Shown in pieces: positions 39,061-52,444 of a stretch of DNA of 64,000 bases. The notes beneath the pieces are model-generated. The model saw only the letters and a list, made by a program, of their open reading frames with translations. It was not told where the DNA came from and made no database searches. The stretch comes from Leucoraja ocellata (lineage: Eukaryota): the NCBI GenBank assembly GCA_036785375.1, contig JAWMAR010000715.1, forward strand, positions 62,001 through 126,000, read 5' to 3'. A program made the position numbers and the translations under genes. Position 1 is the first letter of the stretch, and each line of letters starts with the position of its first letter.

Positions 39061-41539
39061 TGTGCCTTGTTTCTCCCATAGACGCAAAACCCGAGTCTGA
39101 GGAAACGTCATCTGACTTTGAACCCTATTGATGCTCCAGGACCTGAACTGTACAAATTGTTCCTGTTGTTTAAACTGCTTATCTTTATGGGATTCTTGAG
39201 CCCATAGAGGTGGGCTGTAGAGGCTTTGCAGGATGCTCACTCTGCAAAGTCCTCAACCAGTTGGGCATTACGGGGCTGGCAAAGTAGAGGGCCATTCAAT
39301 CCGCAAGCGAAGCCGCAGAGAAAGTCACTAGGTGGCTTTGGATTAAGAGGGCTGATCCGTGGGCAGTTACTGCTGGGCCGCGAGTCGGAGCCTGATCAAC
39401 CCCGGCTGGGTCGCCTGGGCGAGGGTGTCTGATGTTGTGAGACCAGGTCACATCACTGAGGATGCGTCCCAGAGCACTAGAAGTATCTTTCACACTCGGT
39501 GTGAACCATATCTTGTAAACCATATTTTGCATGCTTGAAATTAATGGATTTGGCAATTTGCACATCTCGCAAACTGTTGATGCAATGGAGTCTTGATCTA
39601 CTAAATAAAATGTTTATCTTTTTTGATCAGTAAAACAACAGAAATTTGGCCCTTGGAACTTCAAGTTAAGCAAACCATTTGGGACACATTGAAGTGGATC
39701 CATGGGGTTCCTATCACCCATGACCTGTGTAGTTCATTGTTAGATTATTGTACAATTTTTCAATAATGCATCCAGGATTGTAGCTTTGGTCGCAAGTAGA
39801 ACACATTGACAAGGAAGGTCTGATCAGATAATTTTATTGAAAAGCAAATTCCCAATTAACAAATGTGCTGAGGTACAGTGAAATTCATTTTTGTACACAG
39901 TTCAGTAAGTAAACAATTAGATACATATTATACAATGATCTCAGATACCATACAAGTGTATAGCAGTAGTACGGAGTCAGTATCCGAGTCGCCAGTTTGG
40001 TGCCTTTTTCCAAGTTCCTGTTGTTGTAAGTGCCCTGACCACGAAGGTCTTGTGCTGGCAGCGTTGCAGTGGTGGTCTGGCCAAGCGTAGCCGCGGTTTC
40101 CTCCACCGCTGCAGGCCACGTCCCATCCATCTACTTGGCCTCTTGGATCGACGCCCGGTCCAGCGGGGCAGCAGGTTGTTGCAGGGTCTCCAGCAGCCCT
40201 TCTCCATCGTCGAGGCCGTGCACTCCCTCCCCTCATCATCCTGTGTGCAAAGTGATCAGAAAGTACCGTAACATTGCAGTAAATGTGGTTCAGGATTATT
40301 ATTGCCAAGTGTACTGAGGTACAGTGGCAAGCTTTGCGTTTGGGTGCTATCCAATAATTGGATATTGCTACTTATGAATACAATCAAACCAAACGCCTCG
40401 TGCTTATATTGCACCTCGTATAGGTGAAACTAAGCATGGGTTTTATTTTTCAAGGGGGAAGCAGTGTAATATATGCAAGTAGACATTTCGGAACTGAGTG
40501 TAGAACCTAGCATATTCTTGATATATTGCAGTATTAGTTTGAAGGGATTTCCTTAAAAGGAATGTACTGTATTTTACTTTTGCCTGAGTGATAATAGACA
40601 ATAGGTGCAGGAGTAGGCCATCCGGCTCTTCGAGCCAGCAATGCCATTCAATGTGGTCATGGCTGATCATCCCCAATCAGTACCCCGTTCCTGCCTTCTG
40701 CCCATATCCTCTGACTCCGCTATCTTTAAGAGCCCTATCTAGCTCTCACTTGAAAGTATCCAGAGAACCTGCCTCCACCGCCGCCTGAGGCAGAGAATCT
40801 ATGAGAGTGATGATACTGACACGTGGATATCAACCTGACAAAACGCTCATGCACCATCCATCCTCAATCCATGTTAGAAGCTTGTTTGCTTATTCTTACT
40901 CCAGTGAGTATAAACCAATCTTTCTTGGTGTGGGAGAGATGTGGGGGACGTTGATGAAATATTTGGTATATTAGACAAATAAAACATGCATGTGACCAGA
41001 GCTGTGAAATATGAGATGTCCCTATTAAGTCCAATAAAACCAGGAGGACACTATTTACTCCTCGTGGTTGAATGTACAACTCGGTACTTGGTGACTAATT
41101 GCCACATTAAAGGTTGAATAAGCACCCTGGTAGGAACAAAAGATTAGTGGGGTATGCAGATGGGGTGTGATGAAGCAGTGTTAGGGAGGCAAGTGTGGAG
41201 GATAAAAGTTGATATGGACTCATTGCACTGAATGTCCTGCTTCTGTCCTCGTAGGCTGCTTCCTCTTTTTTTAAATATATTTTTGCAGCTTTGACGTTTT
41301 AGTGCAGAACTGTCCATTTCAAGAGTAGTCTGAATCAGCATAGAGCTTCAGAAGTGGAATGTGCCTCACCAAAACTTCTAGGGCATTCTTCCTTGAGCAG
41401 TTGTACAAGTGCAATGTTTGGTGCGGGGCAGAAGGAACTCTGTTTGTCTTTGCAAAAGAAAAGTGCAGATGTAAGGAAATCTTGTAATTACTCTGCCATT
41501 CTTTGAGCTCAATAAATGAAGATTTACTTAAAATGTGTA

Positions 41540-42120
41540 GGATGGAACTGCAGATGCTGGTGTCTGAAGAAGGGTCCCGACCTGAAACATCTGTTTGAGG
41601 CGATGATTAATGATGCAAGTCAGTTTTCAAGGTGATAACTATCCCTATAAATGAAGATAGACACAAAAAGCTGGAGTAACTCAGCGGGTCAGGCAGCATC
41701 ACTGGAGAAAAGGAATGGGTGACATTTTGGGTCGAGACCCTTCGTCAGACCTCTCATCTTAACCAGATAACATCACCCACTCCTATTCTCCAGAGATGCT
41801 GCCTGACCAGCTGAGTTACTCCAGCTTTTTGTGTCTATGTACTAAAAATGTGTTGGCCTCTCCAGTGTATATCTCGCAGTAACTGTTCCTTTTTAGGGAT
41901 GTATAGGAAGGAACTGCAGATGCTGGCTTAAACGGAAGATAGACACAAAAAGCTGGAGTAAATCAGTGGGTCAGGCAGCATCTCCGGAGAACAGCAATGG
42001 GTGACGTATTGGGTTAAGTTGTGAGGTCTGAAGAAGGGTCTCTACCCAAAATGTCACCCATTCCTTTTCTCCAGAGATGTGGCCTGACCAGCTGAGTTAC
42101 TCCAGCTTTTTGTGTCTATC
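41540..42120. mobile_element. Pair of sister Penelope-derived palindromic elements in inverted orientation (41540-41839; 41901-42120)
   Basis: They share a private spacer and have separate TSD-like flanks (TACTWAAAATGTGT; CCTYTTTAGGGAT). Confidence 0.85.
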
Positions 42121-42149
42121 ATCCTCTTTAGGGATAGTTATCACCTTGA

Positions 42150-42225
42150 AAACTGACTTGCCTCAAACAGATGAGTTCTATTTAGAGCAGTAAATAAAAC
42201 TCATCTGTTTGAGGCAAGTCAGTTT
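42150..42225. repeat. Near-perfect 76-nt hairpin
   Basis: 28-bp perfect stem, one C/A mismatch, a 6-bp stem and a 6-nt loop GAGCAG. Confidence 0.95.
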
Positions 42226-43004
42226 AAATGAGGGGAAAGTGCTTGTTCAACTCTAAGTTCAGAAAAACTCAGAGAACATCTAGAGCCAGTATTTACATAC
42301 TTGCAGAATCTACAGTGTCATGTTGCAGGGACTATGGAAACAGATGCTGTGGAGAGCTGGAGTGCTCAAACTGGATAAACAGCCTTATCTCATCATTTTA
42401 TTGTACCGTTACAGTGACAGCTGATCATCCTTGTTGGAGAAGAGATGTTTGGATGCGGCGCTTGTGGTAACAATTGAAGTTCTGGAAATAGAAAAATATA
42501 TATTTATTCCTCCAGCTCCTAAACTTGTAATCGGTGACATACTAATAATTTTAATCACAGTTTAAAATTATAAATGTAAAAAATTCCAAAGCAGTTTCTT
42601 GTGACTTTGTGCACGGTTTGCAGAGGCTCACTTGGATGTCAACGGTATTGCTGTCTGAAGCACTATTTGCATGCCAGCACTCTCTATCTCGGTTAATAGA
42701 TTCTCCGAATCCAGGATGTGAGTGTTGGATGGGGATGTGGGAAGGGAGCCAAGGTGGGAGATTAGCTGTGACTTTAAGGGGCTAAGTGCAGGACTCCTTG
42801 TTTCTTGCCTTGTCAGAAGGAACTGCAGATGTTGGTTTACAAAAAAGAGACAGTGCTGGAGGAACTCAACGGGTCAGCCAGCTTTTCTAGCGAACATGCA
42901 GAGGTGATGTTTCACATCGGGACACTCAGTCTATAGAAGATCTCCAGATATGCTGCCTGACCAGCTGAGTTACTCCAGCACTTTGTGCCTTTCCTGTTTC
43001 CCGT

Positions 43005-43301
43005 CCTTGCCATATTTAACTTCAGCTGCTGTTCACCGGGCCGCGGTGTTTGAGCCGCGGGACTGTTCTTAACATCGCCCGGGGGGCGGGTATCGCCCCA
43101 GCGCAGAGGGAGAAGAGGAGGGAAGAGACTGCGACCTGAGACTTTTGCCTCCATCACAGTGAGGAGATGCTGGGTGGACTCACTGTGGTGGATGTTAATG
43201 TGTGTTTATTGTTGTTTTATTGTATGGTATTATATGTATGATTGCTGCAATTTCGTTCAGACTTCGGTCTGAATGACAATAAAAGGCTATCTATCTATCT
43301 A
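43005..43301 (+). mobile_element. Non-autonomous retroposon 3' end with terminal stem-loop, AATAAA and (CTAT)n tail
   Basis: CGTTCAGAC-TTCG-GTCTGAATG at 43254-43275, AATAAA, CTATCTATCTATCT; body retains CpGs. Confidence 0.6.
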
Positions 43302-44839
43302 AATTGTGCCAGAAAGTGCACAGTCTTTCCTCATTCTTCCCACCGAAATACATCACCGCTCTTGCAGCTCATCAATATCCCACGTCGAACCTAGTCCTCA
43401 GAGTTTTATCATCCTCGCCTCAGTTTGCAACACTACAGAGTTTGTGTATCTGCAAACATCAATGATTCTGCCCTTTTAAATCTAGTTCTGATGTATATCA
43501 AAAACACCAGAAGTTGGATAGTTATATGGACGGGGAAGGTATGGAGGGTTATGGTCTGAACGCAGGTGTATGGGACGAAGGGAGAATATGTGTTCGGCAC
43601 GGACTAGAAGGGTCGAGATGGCCTGTTTCCGTGCTGAAATTGTTATATGGTTATAAGTGCTACTTCTCAGCCTTGAGGTGGGGATGGGAGGGGGAAATAT
43701 CATTGTGTATCTTTTCCCAGTCTGAAAAATTGGCCTTCAATTACCCTGATGGCCAATGTTACAGATTGGAGAAAGATATGACCCTTACTATGGGTGCTGT
43801 CCCAGCAGAGCTTGTGCATTGTTTTGTGACTGCCTGAGTTTTCTCCAGGTGGTCGAGTTTCCTCCCACATTCCATAGATATGCAGGTTTGTAGGTTAATT
43901 GGCTTCTGTACATTTTCCCTAGAGTGTAGGATAACAGACAACAAGTGTGTACGTGTTATCAATGATCGCCATGGAATCTGGGCCAAAGGGACATGCTGTA
44001 TCTCCAAACTTAACCTGTAACAGTAAGTAAGGGAGTCAAAGGTTAAAGGGAGAAGCCTGGAGAAAGGGGTTAAGAGAGAAAAATAGATGAAATAGACGAT
44101 GGGCCGAATGGCCTAACTCTGCTCCTGTATCTTTAAACTTATTATGAATCTCATCTCAATTACTTCCAAAGCTTCAACCTTCTTCCTTAAAGCAGGAGAC
44201 AAATGCTGTACATGGTACTCTGGAGGTGGGCTCGCCAAATGAAGCGTAACATCACTTGTAGGTTGGTTCTGCCACACTGGGTGGAAGTAAAGATTAATGA
44301 ATGTCAAGGACATTTGCTTAGTCATCGTTTTGAACTCAGTTTATTGCACCTTATATCCAGTATCATGCCAAGTAAACTGGCAGCTTCCACTGGATGAAAC
44401 TTATTCTTGTACAATCAGATCACTGTTTACAGCATTGACACCTAGTGACCGACTGATAATACTTACCATGTGACCCTTTCGCACTCATTGTACATAGTAG
44501 CGTGTAGATAATGCCTCATATTATTGATAATGTTGCCCATAAGCATTTACAAGCAAAAACGTGTGCACGTTATTTACTGTGTTGTAAGACATATTTTGAT
44601 GTTTTAATGTATTTTGGTGCATTTATATATTGGGTATTCTCCCCTCCCCCCTAGTTTCCCTTTCTGACAAAGCAACAAATACATTTCTAGAGGAACTTGG
44701 TGGATTGAGGGTGGGGAAGGGCCGAAACTCTATATCAGGAGTTTGTAATAAAGTGACATGCCCTTGGGGGTTGGGTTTGGTTAGGTTAGGTAGGTTTTTA
44801 GCAGGACTGACATAGCCAATGGTAGTGTTGTAGTGCAAA

Positions 44840-45525
44840 GGGATCTAGGAGTGCAGGTACAAAGTTCCTTCAGTGGAGTCACAGGTAGATGGTGGTCAAG
44901 AAGGATTTTGGAACATTGGCCTTCATCATTCATGGAATCGAATATAGATGTTACGATATTATATTGTAATTGTGCAAGACTTTGGTGAGGCTGCATTTGG
45001 AGTATTGTGCTCAGTTTTCGCAACCCTGTTATAGGAATGACGTTGTTAAGCTGGAAAGAGTGCAGAAAAGATTTACAAGGCAGTTGCCAGGATTTGAGGG
45101 AGTGAGCTCAAGGGAGAGGCTGGGCAGGCTAGGGCGGTATTCCTTGGCTCGCAGGATGAGGGGTGATCTTGTAGACGTGGGTATGATCATGAGGGAATAG
45201 GTGGGGTTATGCACAGTGCCTTTCACCTAGAGTAGCAGAATGAAGCACCAGAGGGCATAGGTTTAAGGTGAGAGGGGAACAATTTAATAGAAACACGAGG
45301 GGCAACTTTGGTGGGTGTATGGAACAAGCTGCCTGAGGAGGTAGTTGAGGCAGGTACTATAACAACATTTAAAAAACATTTGGACAGGTACATGGATAGG
45401 AAAGGTTTGGAAGGATATGGGGTAAACACAGGCAGGTGGGTCTAGTGTAGGCGGGGCATCTTGATCGGCATGGGCAAGTTGGGTTGAAGGGCTTGTTTCC
45501 ATGCTGTATCACTCTTGACTATGAC
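44840..45525 (+). mobile_element. CR1 LINE 3' ~0.7 kb
   Basis: KTLVRLHLEYCAQF.QP.YRNDVVKLERVQKRFTRQLPG plus 3' UTR. Confidence 0.9.
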
Positions 45526-46935
45526 CTGAGCAGTACTCCAGTGCAAAGCCACAGTTTAGGGAGGCTGATAGTTCGAGCTGCACTGTTGCAGCAGGTGCCC
45601 TTTGGATATGTTAGTTTTATCATGTGAATGGAAAACCTCCCATGGCTGTATTCCCCAAATCCACTAAACCTCATGTCTGTCAAACACAGTGGGTACAAGA
45701 GCAGGTGGGGAGAGGCTGGATATCCTGGAATTGGGGATGGTCCTTATCAATGACACCCAGCCTCCGTCATTTTAAAAGTGGATTGCCCCATTCTTCAGTG
45801 CTCTTGAGAGGAGCCTGCACTAATGCTGGAGCAGCAGTGTAACTGATCCCACACTCTTGAGACTTGCTGCCATAGTAACATTTAATTGCAAGGTGGTTTC
45901 TCTGATGTGCTTTGTTGATCCAGAGGCAATTGGTGAAGACATATTGGACTCTGATTTCCCAAGTAAATTAAAATGTGGGATCAGTTTCCCCTGCTTGCAA
46001 AACCAATTTTGTTATGGGGCCTCATTTCCCTGCAGTTGTTGGGAAGTTGAGCAGAGGAACTTTTCTGAATTCCTGCTAGTTTAGTTTATTGTCACGTGTA
46101 ACGAGGTACAGCGGAAAGCTTTTTGTTGAGTGTTAGCCGGTCAACAGAAAGATTATACATGAGTGCAATCGAACCATCCACAGCGTACATGAGAGTGCAA
46201 AATAAAGTACAGCAAAGTCTGATTTAAAGATAGTCCAGGGGTCTCCAATAAGGTAGATAGTAGCACAGGATCACTCTCTAATTGGTGATAGGATGGTTCA
46301 GTTGCCTGATAATAGCCGAGAAGAAACTGCCCCTGAATCTGGAGGTGTGCATTTTTACTCTTCTGTTCCTCTTGCCCGATGGGAGAGAGGAAAAGGAGTG
46401 ACCGGGGTGAGACTTGTCCTGAGTCAGCGTGAAATGTTGCGTGGTTGATACTCTTCAGTTGGCAGCTCTCCTGTAGGGTCTAATTGTTCCTCCTTATACA
46501 TCGGAGATGCAAGGAACTGCAGATGCTGGAATCGTGAATAAATAACAAAGCTCTGGAGGAATTCTGCGGGCCGTACAACTTCTGTGGAGGGTACAGATAT
46601 GCACGATTTCAGATCGGGACCCTTCAGTCCCATCAGCTGAAACATTCCCTGTTCATTCAATTTGCAGATGCTGCCAGACCTGCTAAATTACTCCAGCACA
46701 TTGTGTTTCCCTCTGAATACCGTGTTTGTTCAAACCAATGGAGGTGGCCTTGAATATTAACAGCTGCCCATAACTATTGAGATAAAGGGCTAGGTATTTT
46801 GATCCCTTTCCTCCAGCCTCCTTGTTTTTCACCCACCCTCGTCACCATTATCTGCAGATTTGGAGTTTGTCTTTATGGGGACTCTGGTCATTTTTATTTT
46901 GACATCTCAATTTGATTTTTTTTTTTCTTTTCCAG

Positions 46936-46989
46936 ATTGCTGTGGACTTTGGAAGAAAAACATCATCTGACTGGTGATTTTTCCATTGA
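46936..46989 (+). other. Candidate 54-nt internal exon (probably 5' UTR) of the gene starting at ~14.6 kb
   Basis: Acceptor with long T tract ...TTTTTTCTTTTCCAG| and donor TGA|GTAAGT; unique, non-repeat sequence; no ATG. Confidence 0.65.
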
Positions 46990-47529
46990 GTAAGTTTGCC
47001 ATAAATTGTGTAAAAAAATATAAATAATAATAATTATATAACCACCTTCCTCTTTCCTTTCCTAAATAATTAGCTGTGTGCATTATTGGTCTTGGGCTGT
47101 GTGTCTTTCTTGCACACATCAAGTGTTTGGTCTCGAATGCAGTTGTTCTTGGTCCCTGTTGTGAGGGTAAGCCTTAGCTATTGTTTGGAAGGAGCAGTTA
47201 TCAGTTTCAGTTTTGTTTCTTGTCACGTGTGCCGAGGTACAGGCAACATCCTCCCCCTATCTACCCATCAAGACCCCTGTGGATTCTGTTTCAATGCTAA
47301 AGGGCAGTGGAAATGAGCCTCGCCTGTCCAATGTTTTTCACACAAAATAATCCTCATTACAGCCATTATTTCAGCCAATCTCATCTGAACTGCGCCCATT
47401 GCATCAACCCCCCCTCTGTAAATAAGGAGACTGACAATGTGCACAATGCTCTAGACGTGGGCTTGCCAACTGAAGCAGAACCCCTCCATTTGTTTTGTAT
47501 TCTATTCTGGGGGAAATGTGTGTGCAGTG

Positions 47530-47650
47530 GGTCAGGATGGAGGGGCTGTGGGTATTACTTGAATTCAATGTGGTGCCACTGGGGTTTAGGCTACCCAAGT
47601 GGAATATGAAGTGCTGTGCTTTCAGTATGGACTTGTCACTGCACTGGCCT
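47530..47650 (-). mobile_element. Penelope GIY-YIG C-terminal remnant
   Basis: Minus strand reads ...LKAQHFIFHLGSLNPSG, similar to the copy at 57.2-57.3 kb. Confidence 0.6.
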
Positions 47651-49159
47651 CTCTCCTCAAAGATAAAAGAAATGAAGGAATTGATTTGTTAAATTTGTTC
47701 TTTGATTCTGTTTATGCTGGTGCAGAATTTGCACCAACTATTTTGCATGAGATTTAAGGAAAGGGTTATGGCGAATTTCATAAGTTATCAGAGCAAATTT
47801 ACGCCATTCGGCCCATCAAGCTTACTCTGGTATTCAATCACGGCTGATCTATCTTTCCCTCGCAGCCTTCTCCTCAAAACCCCTAACACCATGCTAATCT
47901 GGAATCTGTCAATCCCCGCTTTAACAATACCCAATGACGTGACCTCCACAGCGATTTCCACAGATTCACCACCCTGGCTTTGAATTTGCTGCCTTGCCAG
48001 CATTCTGCAGCCAAATGATGATGTGAAGTTAGCTTGCACCTCCTTGCAATTGCACTATTAATCCTCTCTGCTAAAGATGGAAAATGTTGAATAGGTTCAG
48101 CAGATCAGGCAGCATCTGTGGAAAGGAAAACAGTTGTCGTTTTAGGTCTGGAGCCCTTTCTCAGAACTGGGAAAGAGGAAAAATCAAATTAGTTTCCACT
48201 TTAAAAACTTGTCATGGGATTAGGTCCAGCAATTATTGCTTCAGAATACCTGCTGGTTGTCAGCATACCCAGACATTTGTCTCAACCACTTTGTCTCTTT
48301 CTGATGAAGAGTGGGTTAAAATGACTGCTAGATGTCTCTTGATTTGCTGTTGGGAGGATGGATGTGGTCTGGGCTCTGTACTGTTTGACAATCGGCATAG
48401 ATGGTCGGAACATCTTGGTTGATTGTGGTGGGGAAATGATCAAAGGATGTACCTGTGCAGCAGAAATCGAGTTGTGCCCTTTGAGCCGTGCTGTGTGTGT
48501 GTCTCTGTACTTTTGTAAATTTCTTGCATTGTGTTAAACTCTTGAAAAAGTCGCACCTGGTAAATATCAATTCTGGATAGGGACCAAATTGCATTTTAGG
48601 TTTTCTTTTAGCGCGGAGCTCTTCGCTAATTGATTTTTGTTTAGTCTGCATTTGTGGAGTTTATCGGTTAGCGGTGAGCTGCTGCACAGAGCTTCCAGTG
48701 AAGCTTTTATACTTCTGAAGCACACTTGTCTATTGAATTCTGTTGGGATGCAACTCTAAGGTTTGTCAACCGTTCAAGATTTCCTACATTTTCTAGTTGC
48801 CCGAACGTGCTATGAATTAAGATGATTGTTTACTATTCTAATTGGTATAAAATAATGACAAATGGTGTCAATTAGCTGAGGTATGGATTAATGTGTAGGT
48901 GTAAGAGATGATGGCATGAGGTTAGAGAAGGTATAGTGAAACTCGATTTAGAGGGGATGTTCACTTAATGCCTCTGTGCATCTTCTCTTTAAACATTTAT
49001 CTTTTTTATCTACACTGGCTTTGTATTTACAAACATTTTATCCATGCACCACAATACTGTTCAAACAAGGCTGCCTGCCCCCCCCCCCCCCCCCCCCCCC
49101 CCCCACCCCACCCCCTCCCCATCCAACCTTGTCGGTTCCCAGCTCCCATGTGGCCCCTT

Positions 49160-49455
49160 TTTACCTTCGCCCCAAATTCCTTCAGCAGAACCTCCCTGGC
49201 AAACCCATCGTTTCTGCCTGCTCCTGCCCCACTGAAATAATTTCTGCAAACCTCGATTCCATCCTATTTCACGCCCCCCCCCCCCGGATCCAATCCCTTC
49301 CCACCTATGTCTAAGACATTAAAGTTCTGAGGAAGTGTCCCGACCCAAAACATCACCTGTTTCTTTTCTCCAGAGATGCTGCCTGACCTGCTGAGTTACT
49401 CCACCACTTTGTGTCTATCTCCGGCATAAACCAGCATCTGCAGCTCCTTCCTGCA
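49160..49455 (+). mobile_element. Penelope pLTR remnant
   Basis: Pyrimidine-rich body, then CTGAGGAAGTGTCCCGACCCAAAACATC and the family arm. Confidence 0.65.
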
Positions 49456-52308
49456 CAACAATATCTCGTCGCCAGCTTTTCCTTCTCTTTTTACTGATTA
49501 CATGGTGTTAATATGGTTTGTTTTTCACTGTGTTGATACAAGTGACAATAATAAACTAATACCAGTTTGACTCTTTTAATGTTTCTTGATCACCTGTCCT
49601 TTATCCTCCGCTGTAGTTCAGATGTAGGCACGTCATTGACTTTTTGCGGATTTAGAACATGGTACAACGCAGGAACAGCCCTTTGGGCCCACAATGTCTG
49701 TGCCAAACATGATGTCAAGTTAAACTGATCTGTCCTGCCTGTACGTGATCCACATCTCTCCATTCTCTGCATATCCATGAGTCTATCTAATGACTTCTTA
49801 AATCCCACCCTCATATCTGTCTCCACCACCCCTGACAACGTGTCCCAGGCACCCACCCCCTATACAATTGTGGAGGTCGGAGATGGGGAGATTTGAAATA
49901 AGGATGAGAATTTTAAACAGCAATGTGTTATTGGATAGGGAGCAAATGCTGTTTAATTAATATCTGCTTGTTAATTGATTGCTGGAAGTCATTTTAATTG
50001 CTTGAAGTAACTCTCTGAACAAGAGTGGTTAATCTGTACACCACGATTTATCTACCCTGCATCAGTCCCAGTTGTCTGAGAGTCGAGAGCTGCTAAATGA
50101 TGGCCTTTGTGATGCACATTTTGGCACTTTATTGGAAAAAAAGCACCCTTGAGCTTTCAAAGCTAAAATATAACATGTCAGGTCAAGTGATTGAAGGCAG
50201 AAATTCTCCACTCTAAACTCTCGGTTCCAAGGTAGGAAACCTTCAGATGTGTTTAATGACAAAGAGCTTTAGTTTGACAAATTCAGTAAACTTCCTGCTG
50301 TAGTTTAAACTATATTTCTTTGTTTGCGCCAACAGACGCACAGAATTATAGACGGGCCCTTTAGTTGAGGCCACGCTGGTTATGAAATAGTTACTGCATT
50401 TCAAGGGAGACAAGTTCCCCTCTCCTGCCATCTTTAAGTCTTTCGTGACATGAAGCAGTTGGAAATGTATGATTTGACATGAGTGAGTAATTGGAGCCTT
50501 TGGTGGGTTACATGCAGTAATATCTGTCATGAGTGAACTCTCCTTTTAAAATGAAACCTTTTTGAACAGAAGACTACAGAGCAATAATAAAGAGTGAAAA
50601 TGTCCTGCCCAGAAAGTTTCTTCCCACACTGACTCACCACATCTATAATTCAGGCAGTTCGACGTAAAAATAGTTTGACACTGGCATTGTTTGATCTTCA
50701 AAGAATATTGGGCATGTCATTAAAGGCCCTGTAAAGAGAAAAGAGGCACTTGCTATGGTTTTGACGGTGGCTGGTTGAGGAAGTGGTGAGGGTGAGATAT
50801 ATAAAGAATTGAAGAGATGGTATGTTTCAGAAAGCGGGGAAAAGTCGCAATTATTGGACATTATAGACAATAGACAATGGGTGCACGAGTAGGCCATTCA
50901 GCCCTTCGAGCCAGCACCGCCATTCAATGTGATCATGGCTGATCATCCACAATCAGTACCCCGTTCCTGCCTTCTCCCTTCATCAGTTTAAATATATATC
51001 TGTGCTGTGTTTAGTTATGTTGCTTTTCACCAACTGGCTTTTTTTTGGTGCCATTTCCATGATGAGTATGGAACTGTCATGAATTATACATCTCTGCAGC
51101 CTTGACACTGCTCCTCTACACTGGGACATAGTTAGACCAGGCTTGGATTCTGCTCTCTGGTGGCAAGAAACGTCATGGCCATCTTTTCAATCCTTCTCCC
51201 ACCTTGAGGAAATTTGTCCCAGTCACTGTCTCCATCCCGGTGGAACGAAACAAGAGGTGTAGAAAATCATGAGGAATGGATCAGGTAAACGCAGTCACTC
51301 GCCCAGTGTCGGAGAATTGAGAACCTTGGGTTTAAGGTGAGGGGGAAAGATTTAAAAGGAGCCTGAATGGTGAAGTTTGTACACACGGTGGCGGGTACAT
51401 GGAACCAGCTGCTGGAGGATGTGGTATTGTGACATTTAAGAAACATTTAGACAGATACATGGATAGAGCGTAGGTTTAGAGGGATATGGGCCAAACACAG
51501 GCAGATGGGACATGTTGGTCAGTTTGGGCTGAAGAGCCTGTTTCCACTCTATATGACTCTTGTCTTGAAGATTATTTGGAACCTTGGCATCATATTTGAC
51601 CCTTAAGTTGACTTTTAGACTACTAATCTGTGCCCATGTCCCTGTAACATTGCTCTATTCTGTCACTGTTCAGCATCTGAAATCCTTAATCACATCTTTA
51701 TTTCTAGAGTTGATAATAACAACACACACTTGTTTTTACTCTCTTTAAAAAAATAAATAAAAATGGAGTTGATTCCAAAATGTTGCTGTTCTCCTTTTAC
51801 CCGGTGCTTGCTGCTGGTTTAGGCAGGTTCCAGTTATGCAAAATCATAAGTTTCAAATGGCACATGGACGTTCTTGAACCTATCGGGTCTCCAGATCAAT
51901 GGCCTTGTGTATCTGGGCGTTTCCAGCTCCACTTCCAGCCAATTTCAAATTGATAAATGTGACACCACGGGCGCCGCACGATTGGCAGCCCCGCCAACAG
52001 TCTCTGTTTTTTCGCCTTTTTAATTTTTTTTATTGTGTATTGTTGTATTTTTTTTTATTGTGTATTAAAAATCTGTGTAAATGTTCTCCGGTTTGTTTAA
52101 TGTGGGGGGAGGGGGTCGGGGGAAACCTTTTTCCAGTTTCTTACCTTGCCGGAGATGCGATTGTTTTCCGGGTCGCATCTCCGGTCAGTGTGAGAGTGGG
52201 AGTGGGATAGTGAATACAAGTGTTTACCATTCTGCAGCCTCTTGCTTTCCTGTGCATTGGAAATGCCACACTGGGCCATGATGCAGCTAGTCAAGATACT
52301 TTCTAAAG

Positions 52309-52444
52309 AATGCAGGAAGAAACTGCAGATGCTGGTTTATACCAAAGATAGACATGAAGTGCTGGAGTAACTCAGCCGGCCAGGCAGCATCTCTGGAGAA
52401 AAAGGGGTGACGTTTCATGTCAGTCTTTTTCAGACTCTCGAGTC
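52309..52444. mobile_element. Penelope-derived element nested in a minus-strand Rex1/Babar fragment
   Basis: 12-bp TSD TACTTTCTAAAG (52297-52308 / 52445-52456). Confidence 0.8.

Noticed and set aside
48968-49314. Proline-rich ORFs
   Set aside because: Translation of a poly-C run and a pyrimidine-rich pLTR remnant.
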